Source: Paraphysomonas bandaiensis (taxonomy: Eukaryota; Protista; Chrysophyceae). Taken from it: a stretch of 64,000 nucleotides of DNA. Below are positions 1-8,000 of the stretch, piece after piece. Made by a program: the position numbers and the translations under genes. The notes beneath the pieces were generated by a model. It saw only the letters and a list, made by a program, of their open reading frames with translations, did not search any database and was not told the origin of the DNA. The stretch lies in NCBI GenBank assembly GCA_965644295.1, contig CBFFRP010000463.1, positions 1 through 64,000 on the forward strand, given 5' to 3'. How positions within the stretch are numbered: the stretch's first letter is position 1; each line of letters begins with the position of its first letter.

Positions 1-310
1 TAGTTGCTACCACGAACAGTCGCTTTCCCTCATCACTATCTTGGCATTGACTAATGTATCATCCAGTGGATCGTTCGCGAATCTTCCCCAACAGGATGTT
101 GCCTCCTTCGCATCCACATATGCCCCTCGCTCCTCTTCCCTTCCATGACACATAATCCGTATCCTCTGATGCTCTCCTCTGTTCTGCTTCTTCCGCAGAC
201 CATCGCTCGCCGTCATATTCACATATTATTCCATCTTCTCTTATCTCTTTTGTTGCGAAAAGGCCCCTTCCTGCTCCTCTCAACGTCGACGGCATGACAG
301 TCACCCTATT
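1..310 (-). CDS. SET domain (lysine methyltransferase) within the retrotransposon polyprotein, broken by two small frameshifts and truncated by the window edge
   Basis: Main frame: VTVMPSTLRGAGRGLFATKEIREDGIICEYDGE...DTDYV. Second frame (ORF 7..222): YVDAKEATSCWGRFANDPLDDTLVNAKIV. After another shift at ~nt 25 the reading is RLFVVAT. These match SET motifs GxGLFA, EYxGE, DA...RFxN and the strand before GEEL. Confidence 0.85.
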
Positions 311-3300
311 GTACCCGGTAGCTTTCTTGTCTCGCAGAGCCCATAAATCTCTATCCAATTCGACTTCCTTCCAGTCATCCCTATGAGGCACCTCTCTCGC
401 TGGTCTCATCTGCTGCTTTGGCTTTTCCCTCAGTGTCCTATCCGACCGTCCATATTTGCTCACATGCCTCCTCCTCTCTTCCTCTGTCATCTGAACTCCT
501 TCATGCCACCCTCTCACTACGTTAGCTCTCCTGATCTCTCTATTCTCTTGGGCCTGTTCCTTATACTGCTTCCTCACCTCCTCTGCCTCCCTTACTTCTG
601 CCCTTCGTTTCTCAGCGCGTGCTATCCTCTTGGCTCTCTTCCTCTCCATGTCTTGTGCCAGCAAGATGTCCTCTTCCGTCACTACCCCTTTGTCCCACTC
701 CAGGTCGTCTGCCGTTAAATATTGTGGCTCTTCTCCCTTTCTCAACAGCCTCGATACCGCATCCGCGTCCATATGCTTCGTCCCTTGCTTATAATGGAGG
801 TGGAAGCTCATTCCCATCAGATCCAGCAGATATCTCATGAGCCTCCCATTATTAGACGCGGTCTGACCCTTATACATATATACTAGTGCATTATGGTCCG
901 TGTACACATCCACTTCATTTGCACATCGTAGGTACAGATCCCAATACATCATACAGTCATGCAATGCTTTACACTCAATCTCCGTCGGCGAATATTCCCT
1001 TTCCGTAGCATTCAAAATCTTGCTCCAATATGCTACTGGATGCCACTCCTCCTCATCATCCTGCTGAAGTAATATAGCTCCTATCCCTCGACCCTTCCGG
1101 CATGCATCTACCCTCACCTGGAATGGCTTGGTATTGTCCACCAGACGCAAGCATGGATGAGCCATCAGTTCCTCTTTTAGTCTATCAACGGCTTCCTCGT
1201 GTTCCTCATTCCATGCCTCCGCTACGTTTACTCCTTTCCTTGTTAGGTCATGCAATGGTGCCACAATACTCGCATAGTCCTTGATGAAATGTCGGTAATA
1301 TAAGGTCAGCCCTATAAACGCTCTTACAGCTGATACATCCTTCTTTGGATATTCCAATTCGTCTATGGCTTTGACCTTCTCTGGGTTGGGGTATTTCCCC
1401 TTTTCATCCACCATGAACCCCAAAAATGCCATACTCGGGTAGTTCAGATGCACCTTCGTCACCTTGAACACCAAGTCCTTGCTCTCAAGTTGTTGGAACA
1501 CCTTCCCTATGGATCCATAGTGCTCCCAGAACTCCCTCGAATGTACCATGACATCATCCTGATATACTAACGCCTCCTCCTGACTAATGCATTGGAATGT
1601 CTCCGCCACGATCCTCGCCCATTCGTTGGCACTGTTCCTTCCTCCTTGCACCATCCTTGTTGGCTGAAGGTACTCGTCATGTGTTCTATATGCAAACTTT
1701 GCTCTGCTCCCCTTCTCCAGGTCTACCACCCAAAACGCATCCTTGATATCCCCAACCGAGAAGTGCTTCGTTCCCTTTTTCACTTGGTCCAACAAATCAT
1801 CAATCCTCGGCAATGGAAATACATCCGGTAACGTCTTTGCGTTCACTTCTCTGCAATCTATGGTTTGTCGGTAGAAGGTAGCCACCTCTTGCTCATTCCT
1901 CGGGTCCCACATAGCCTCCCTGGCATGCTCCCCCCATTTTTCCTTGAATTTTTCAATTCTATCCCTATATGGTATTAGTACCAATGCTGATGCCCACGCC
2001 CCTGGCTCCGCTGGTTCCACCTTTCGTTCTCTCTTCCCTATCCTCGCTTTTGCCTTCATGAATGCTTTCTCTACATCATTGTACCTCCTCGGTCGACACA
2101 ACACTGGTTTGTCATCCATGGTTCTGATTCCTGTCTGATAATTTCTTAATTTTTTCGGGTTGTCGGGATCCGGATGCACCAGCACATTCGCCCACGCTAC
2201 ACATCGAGCCAGTAAAATCGCTCGCTGGGTTGGTTGTCCATCTTTCACGCATATTCTCCACTTCCCTTCTCGCCCTCTAACCCTTTTCTTCCACTCCTGT
2301 CTCTTCTTCTCCGCTACTGGGTCCTCATCCTCACAACTTTCCTCCCCCAAATCTAGGACCTGACTAGGTCTCCATGGTGTCTCCACTGGATGATATCCCG
2401 CTCCCCCTGGATCCCATATCTCCGTTGACCATAGTAAGGTCATAGCTATATTGTCCCTGGCAATATCCAGATAGTCTATGATTTCCCAGATTACGTCTGC
2501 GCGCCGCTCCTCCGGGTATTCCTCTCGGATTGCTACATAGTGCGCTTGATCATCTGGACTCATCCAGTGCCATAGAGCCGTCCACGGATACTTGAATTCT
2601 GGCGGACATTCAGTGGATTGTGGAGTCGCTTCTACTACTCGCGTGGTGTGTGCCCGTACCTCTTCCTGGTCCTCTTGCTCATCCAGATCCTCATTCGTAT
2701 ATCGCGGCATCTGATATACCGGCTGTATTTCGACGCTGATTGCCGACCGATGTAACTTAACGGGCTCGGATGACCAATTTTCCACCCACACCCCATGAGT
2801 TCCTGTGCAGGACGTCACGTCCGGAATACGTACTACCTCTCTCCACTTTCCCGCTATGATCCCTTTCGGCACATCCTGTCTTACTACCGTTACAATTGAC
2901 GACGCGAGAGGTGAGGTCTCCATCTTGTGAACTGGTACAAATTGGACTGAATTTGCCGGGATGGTGGCTCGCTGTAGACACGCTCTGTGTGCCCTCCGTA
3001 CGCCATTGGCCCGACGAACCCCCTCCATAAACTGATATATCCTGGCCTCCTGAATAGGACTTCTTTGTTTTCCAATCCATTCACATGACCCTGCGTATGA
3101 TCGTCCACTCATCACCACATCAATACCTGACTCCGTGGTAACCACGAACGCTCGATGTTTCTTAAGCTCAATCGCATCCGATCCTCCCCACAGTGCTGAG
3201 ATCGTCAGCCCTGGTACTAGGTCAAACCTTCTCTCCCATATCCCTTTGACCGGCGGCCCGGTTTGCAACCGTCCATGCATTTCCCCATAATATTGTACGC

Positions 3301-6300
3301 CTTCCACCTCCATTCTCAAGGTGGTATATGACGTGACCTCCTCTGGCTGGCCATCACCCCCCGTGGCTCCCATAATACGATAGCGTTGGTGCTGTGGTAA
3401 CACTGTGATTGGCAAGCCCATCTCCTTAGCCAATCCTTCATGCATAAACTTCCAATCAGATCCTGGATCCACATGTAATACCATAGGCATCCGATTTCCC
3501 TCGACTTGGGCAACCCCACACCACATGGTTAGAGAGTCTGGCTTCCCATTCATTCCTGCCTCTGTTACCGACGTATGAGCTAGGCTGACCCTAACTGGTT
3601 TGTCCTCCTGTCCCTGCCCTCTCTCTTCCCCGTCCTCCTCGTACCAGTCCTCATCCCACTCCTCTTCCGCTTCAGACATCTCTACCCTGGCGTGATTCAT
3701 TCTGACAAACGCTTGCAAATTCTTCTCCTTCTGGCGCGAGACTTCGGCATGGAAAGCTTTCTTCTCCTCCTCTGTGAATGTACTCCATGCTGACCGAGAC
3801 TCCTCCATTTTCCTTACAATTTCTTGGTACGCCCGAATTTCAAACCGCGTGAATTTCTCTGGTTGATACCCCTTCCACTTGCCAGATGTATCCCTCAATC
3901 TGTAGAAACACTCTCCCCGCTTGGAATGCTCAAATCCACACCAGTTGCACAGCACCCACCCATTCTTCCCTCGTGATGCCGTGTAGCCTCCTCCGCTCCC
4001 AGTGCCTGTCTCTCTCCTCCCTTCAGGCTTATCCGTCTCTGCCCCCTGATCTCTTTCTCCTCCTTCTTGGTAAGCTCCATGCGCCTTTACTGTCTTCTTG
4101 TGCGATCCGGTGACTCCTGGTATCTGTCCATTGGGATATGTATCCATCAGCTTCCCAACCACTTTCTGCACACAATTCACAATATACTCCTCGCTCTTCA
4201 TGTCCACCAGGCCTATCCTCCGATCCATCTCAATCTCTGCATCAACTCCTTGTCTCACCAAATTCCCTAATGGCCGTCCTGCGGTCTTCATTCTAAACCG
4301 TCTATACAGTTGCTCCGCTATATTGTCGTCGCCCACCTGTATGATCTTGTGTCTTAATTCTGCGAAGCTTTCGTCGAACTTCTCTAACGATGTTTCGTCC
4401 ATCTGGAATTCTTCCACTTCTCTCTGCAGCACCTCCTTCCCTACTTGTATGCCGAAAATGGAGGTGAACCTAATCATAAACTTAAACACCTCCACCCCCC
4501 ACGTCACCACATCGGTCTCCACCGCTGAACAGGTCGACTTGAAACCACTCTCCCCATGCTGTACTCTCGTAGCATACTTCCTTCCCAACTCCCCTTTAAA
4601 CGGAGCCCCCGTCATCAGGTGTAGACATAACTTCATTGGCGACCACTGAGCCATGTGGGCCGTAGATACTATTCCACTGAATATCATAATACAGTCTAAC
4701 CTGGTGCTCCCTGTGGGGAAGTCTACTTGGGGATATCCAATGTGAGCAGCTGGCTTTCCCGACTGTACCCAGTGCGGTATGGGTAGCTTCCTCAAGTGTT
4801 CCCTCATTTCCGGCAATACTTTGGCCATCTCCACCTGCTCCTCACACCTCTGCCGCAGCTCCGCGGTGATCTTCTCCACCACCCCTGGCGTCCTCATGCA
4901 CCATTGACAGAACTCCCCATAGCTCTTAGACCTCGCCTTCTCCACCTGCTGACTAGGGTCGTCCTCTTCCTTGGCCTCTGCTTCCCTCCCCCTTCTCATG
5001 CTAGTGCGAGCCTCTTCCTCTCTTCCTGTCATACTCTCCTTCTCTACGGTCAACCAAGTCTCCTCATCGCTGCTCACCTCGTCTGGATACTTTTCTCCCC
5101 ATCGATCCATGTTCGGTCTTCCTTCCCCTCTCATCCACCTACCCTGATCTCTATAGCTTTTCAGAGGCGGTCCTATCTCCCTGAGCTCTCTCAATGCTAC
5201 CTGAATGACCTCCTTCTGCTCCTCCAGATACATCAACCTCTCTGCCAACCTATTGCTGGTCGTGAGATAGTCCAGCAGCTCCGGTATCTTGTCCCTCTCC
5301 TGGCTCAGTAACTCGAAATCCATGTCTCGGCGCCCCCTGGTCCTTGCATGTTGGATGATCCCCAGCCACGACACATAGAACTCTCTTTGTATATCTGGTA
5401 CTCCCTCCTTCACTGCAGCCATCTTCAGCTCCTCCATCAATCTATCCAATACCCCTCTGTACGTGTTTTCCGTCATCCTCTCTCTCACATTCTGTATCTC
5501 TCTCCTCACCAGCCTCTCACTCTGCCATACATACTTGTCTTGATGTTCTGGTTCCACCGGCTTCACCAGATGTAGCAGCATATTTCTCTGAAGCATGTTC
5601 CGGGTCTCCTGTGATAGTCCCACGGGTTTCGAGGCTACATGAATGTCCTCCTGCATCCATCCTCCATCTCGTCTGCTCTCCTCCTCATCTGTCCTCCGTC
5701 TACCACTGGACCTACTTCCCAAACTCCACTCATCCTGTGACAACATCTCCTCCCCTCGTCTTCTTCTTCCGCCCCCTACTCCCATCGCAGCCAACTCTTC
5801 CATTACTGGTGTACTTCGATACTCGTCCCCTATATCCCTTCTGGCTGGTGTCTTCGGATAGTCGTCCCCTCTTTCTCCCCTATGAGACTGCCAATGCTCT
5901 GCTCCTGTGGCCTCCCTCCTACTCGTCGGTGTCTGCCCCTCTTCCCTCATTATCTTCCCTTCTCTCCGACCTCCTCTATACCAGCATACCCAACACTGTG
6001 TAGCATACTTCGGCGCTGATCCTGCCTTCAGTACTGCCTGGCAGCTCTTACACTTACGATCAAATATGAGAGTCTCTGTCCGTGGATTCCCTCTCATCTC
6101 TATCACAGGCTGATCTCTCGCTTTCTCTGTCGCATACTTCTGTCGCACCCACACCCATGATGGAATATCTGCAGGCCTGCTCTCCCTCTCTTCCTGCTCC
6201 AATTCCCCTAGCCACATCTTCTCACTAAACAATTTCCTGGTGGTTTCCATACCCCTCGCTCCGGTCTCTCTCGCTCGTACAGGCCTTCCTGTTAGTGGGT

Positions 6301-6718
6301 CTCCCTCGTCTGACTCTTGATAGTCTGGTGCTCCACTCCAATCTCTGTACAGTCTCTCCCCTGTGGCCCCCATCCCTGGCCTGCCCTTGTTGCTGGGTCT
6401 ACTCCCGTCCCCACAGTTGTAGACTGGTTCTTCCACTGGGGCCGTCCCTTGGCCGGTCCCGGTATCCCCCCATGCCTCAGAGAGTGATATGTCCCGTGCA
6501 CAGTCCACATCGTCCTCCCATCGCTCTGCCCTTCGCTCTTCCCCACTTTGGGATCGTTGCCATGAAATTCCGCTGCCCCCTCTTCTCCGTGGCTGATCAA
6601 TTCCACTGGGTCGCGAGGGCAGCCCACGTTGTCCACCACATGAGACGATCGGAGATGTGGGGGTCCTTGGCAGAGGGCTTTGCCTTGTTGATGCATCAGT
6701 TGGGTACCTTATGCTCAT
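59..6718 (-). CDS. Gag-Pol polyprotein (gag, Zn knuckle, aspartic protease, RT, RNase H) fused to the N-terminal half of a SET domain
   Basis: Knuckle CNWCGFEHSKRGEC (~3908-3949). Protease LHVDPGS (~3446-3478). RT motifs WASALVLI, FPLPRIDDLL, DIKDAFW, RMVQG, YQDD (1553-1564), FLGFMV. RNase H motifs VRVDACRKGRGIGAILLQ, TEIECKAL, VYTDHNAL, DADAVSR. Ends in GAGRGLFATKEI..ICEYDGE. Confidence 0.93.
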   Translation of the reverse strand: MSIRYPTDASTRQSPLPRTPTSPIVSCGGQRGLPSRPSGIDQPRRRGGSGISWQRSQSGEERRAERWEDDVDCARDISLSEAWGDTGTGQGTAPVEEPVYNCGDGSRPSNKGRPGMGATGERLYRDWSGAPDYQESDEGDPLTGRPVRARETGARGMETTRKLFSEKMWLGELEQEERESRPADIPSWVWVRQKYATEKARDQPVIEMRGNPRTETLIFDRKCKSCQAVLKAGSAPKYATQCWVCWYRGGRREGKIMREEGQTPTSRREATGAEHWQSHRGERGDDYPKTPARRDIGDEYRSTPVMEELAAMGVGGGRRRRGEEMLSQDEWSLGSRSSGRRRTDEEESRRDGGWMQEDIHVASKPVGLSQETRNMLQRNMLLHLVKPVEPEHQDKYVWQSERLVRREIQNVRERMTENTYRGVLDRLMEELKMAAVKEGVPDIQREFYVSWLGIIQHARTRGRRDMDFELLSQERDKIPELLDYLTTSNRLAERLMYLEEQKEVIQVALRELREIGPPLKSYRDQGRWMRGEGRPNMDRWGEKYPDEVSSDEETWLTVEKESMTGREEEARTSMRRGREAEAKEEDDPSQQVEKARSKSYGEFCQWCMRTPGVVEKITAELRQRCEEQVEMAKVLPEMREHLRKLPIPHWVQSGKPAAHIGYPQVDFPTGSTRLDCIMIFSGIVSTAHMAQWSPMKLCLHLMTGAPFKGELGRKYATRVQHGESGFKSTCSAVETDVVTWGVEVFKFMIRFTSIFGIQVGKEVLQREVEEFQMDETSLEKFDESFAELRHKIIQVGDDNIAEQLYRRFRMKTAGRPLGNLVRQGVDAEIEMDRRIGLVDMKSEEYIVNCVQKVVGKLMDTYPNGQIPGVTGSHKKTVKAHGAYQEGGERDQGAETDKPEGRRETGTGSGGGYTASRGKNGWVLCNWCGFEHSKRGECFYRLRDTSGKWKGYQPEKFTRFEIRAYQEIVRKMEESRSAWSTFTEEEKKAFHAEVSRQKEKNLQAFVRMNHARVEMSEAEEEWDEDWYEEDGEERGQGQEDKPVRVSLAHTSVTEAGMNGKPDSLTMWCGVAQVEGNRMPMVLHVDPGSDWKFMHEGLAKEMGLPITVLPQHQRYRIMGATGGDGQPEEVTSYTTLRMEVEGVQYYGEMHGRLQTGPPVKGIWERRFDLVPGLTISALWGGSDAIELKKHRAFVVTTESGIDVVMSGRSYAGSCEWIGKQRSPIQEARIYQFMEGVRRANGVRRAHRACLQRATIPANSVQFVPVHKMETSPLASSIVTVVRQDVPKGIIAGKWREVVRIPDVTSCTGTHGVWVENWSSEPVKLHRSAISVEIQPVYQMPRYTNEDLDEQEDQEEVRAHTTRVVEATPQSTECPPEFKYPWTALWHWMSPDDQAHYVAIREEYPEERRADVIWEIIDYLDIARDNIAMTLLWSTEIWDPGGAGYHPVETPWRPSQVLDLGEESCEDEDPVAEKKRQEWKKRVRGREGKWRICVKDGQPTQRAILLARCVAWANVLVHPDPDNPKKLRNYQTGIRTMDDKPVLCRPRRYNDVEKAFMKAKARIGKRERKVEPAEPGAWASALVLIPYRDRIEKFKEKWGEHAREAMWDPRNEQEVATFYRQTIDCREVNAKTLPDVFPLPRIDDLLDQVKKGTKHFSVGDIKDAFWVVDLEKGSRAKFAYRTHDEYLQPTRMVQGGRNSANEWARIVAETFQCISQEEALVYQDDVMVHSREFWEHYGSIGKVFQQLESKDLVFKVTKVHLNYPSMAFLGFMVDEKGKYPNPEKVKAIDELEYPKKDVSAVRAFIGLTLYYRHFIKDYASIVAPLHDLTRKGVNVAEAWNEEHEEAVDRLKEELMAHPCLRLVDNTKPFQVRVDACRKGRGIGAILLQQDDEEEWHPVAYWSKILNATEREYSPTEIECKALHDCMMYWDLYLRCANEVDVYTDHNALVYMYKGQTASNNGRLMRYLLDLMGMSFHLHYKQGTKHMDADAVSRLLRKGEEPQYLTADDLEWDKGVVTEEDILLAQDMERKRAKRIARAEKRRAEVREAEEVRKQYKEQAQENREIRRANVVRGWHEGVQMTEEERRRHVSKYGRSDRTLREKPKQQMRPAREVPHRDDWKEVELDRDLWALRDKKATGYNRVTVMPSTLRGAGRGLFATKEIREDGIICEYDGERWSAEEAEQRRASEDTDYVSWKGRGARGICGCEGGNILLGKIRERSTG

Positions 6719-6797
6719 ACCCGCGGATAACTTCTTACTACGTGCAATGACGTCTGATCTTACTAGGTGCCTGTTAGATGCTATTAAACAGACCCTT

Positions 6798-6810
6798 AAG
6801 CTCTGATAAT
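6798..6810 (-). promoter_or_regulatory. Candidate primer-binding site (tRNA-iMet-like)
   Basis: Minus strand reads ATTATCAGAGCTT. TATCAGAGC matches the classic TGGTATCAGAGC PBS except for the TGG. It lies ~80 nt upstream of the gag ATG. Confidence 0.4.
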
Positions 6811-7187
6811 CGTATAACTATCAATTATTAGAACTATCCTTACTTATGCTCTCATAACCTTAAAGAGTGACTCACATAGCAATCTTGCACTTACAAGCTG
6901 GCTCTACACTTAAACACCCATATCATACTTATCACCATCGTATCTCTACAGTTATCGTAATGCTGTCCCTGTAGTCGTACTCCTCTACTACTCATCGTAC
7001 CTATCTACTACTCATCGTACCTATCTACTACTCATCGTACCTCATACCCAATTACATACGTACTCACGTACCCAAGTACATATGCACACACATACCTCCA
7101 CCCAACAGCTACCCTACCACCGTATACTCACTGTAGTCAGGATACACTCACCCCACGATATATGGGACTACATGCGGATTTGTCACA
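6811..7187 (-). repeat. Putative 5' LTR
   Basis: Minus strand begins TGTGACA at 7187 and ends ...GTTATACG at 6811, next to the PBS-like site. The C-rich plus-strand bias fades near 7190. No second LTR is available to confirm, and the 3' end lacks the canonical CA. Confidence 0.45.
6985..7042. repeat. 20-bp tandem repeat (~3 copies) inside the putative LTR
   Basis: ctactactcatcgtacctat repeated head to tail. Confidence 0.9.
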
Positions 7188-7409
7188 AATTACATATATA
7201 TCTTTCGATCCTTGCATCTCACATAATACTGCACTCAATTGCAAGCATATAGAATCTTCAGATCTCAACATGGTGTAGTAGAGATAAATCGAGTTGGTGA
7301 ATGACAATGAATGATGAATGACATCTCTTATAATTTATAATTTTCTACTTAAAGTGTTTATCTAAGCTTTCTTACCAAGTTCAACTACTAATTATGTCGT
7401 TTTCTAACA

Positions 7410-7738
7410 TTGACGAATAAACAGGCATCGGACTAGGCCCACCTCAAGGGCATCCCTACTGAAGTCAAGTATCCAGGCTATTTCACATTAAGAACTGAGA
7501 GAGAAAGTGGTCACCTTGGTGCTTGCGGTTTCGCACAAGCAGCCTCCGTAGCGTCAAATAGTAGGATATCAGAGTTAAGCACTAGTTAGTTAAATTGTTT
7601 TGCTACAATAGTTCTGACTCTTACACGCCTATTGCTAATAATCAGACATATCAGAGTTAAGCACTAGTTAGTTAAATTGTTTTGCTACAATAGTTCTGAC
7701 TCTTACACGCCTATTGTTATTAATCAGACATTCACTAC
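7410..7738 (+). mobile_element. SINE-like dispersed repeat, copy A, with an internal 82-bp tandem duplication (7566-7647 / 7648-7729)
   Basis: Shares gaaagtggt..ccttggtgcttgcgg..cgcacaagcagc..tagtaggatatcagagttaagcactag..tctgactcttacacgcctattgctaataatcagacattcactac with copies at ~35.7, 58.2, 58.5, 58.9 and 59.6 kb. Confidence 0.8.
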
Positions 7739-8000
7739 AGATATAATATATTCGTTACAAACCCACAATACTGGCTCCCACAATACATTGTCAATACAAC
7801 GCTAATGAGCATTCAGGACTGCAGCTCGAATTCGCTTTCGCGCTTGGTTTAGCTTATATTGCACAGTCGTCTTCGGTTTTATGGAACTGTGGGGGGATCA
7901 TGACATCTGGCAACACAACATTATGATACTCGGGTATACTTATTAATCATATCTGCAATCAAAACAAACCCAAAAACTTTCGTTGAATTCCTGGCACAAA

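Larger units (their letters stand above)
1..7187 (-). mobile_element. Ty3/Gypsy-like LTR retrotransposon, 5' portion (runs off the left window edge)
   Basis: Intronless 2219-aa ORF ordered gag - protease - RT - RNase H. Strongly purine-rich coding strand that contrasts with host DNA. Candidate PBS and LTR upstream. Integrase and 3' LTR are not in the window. Confidence 0.9.

Noticed and set aside
59-6718. DIRS/tyrosine-recombinase element or caulimovirus as alternative identity
   Set aside because: The aspartic protease, Gypsy-type RT/RNase H motifs, single ORF and PBS-like site fit Ty3/Gypsy better. Missing integrase is explained by window truncation, though it remains unconfirmed.
383-6750. 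Many plus-strand ORFs antisense to gag-pol
   Set aside because: Low-complexity Leu/Ser/Pro shadows of the purine-rich coding strand, with no motifs.
6985-7729. 20-bp and 82-bp direct repeats as a possible CRISPR array
   Set aside because: Head-to-tail with no spacers, no cas genes, eukaryotic context.
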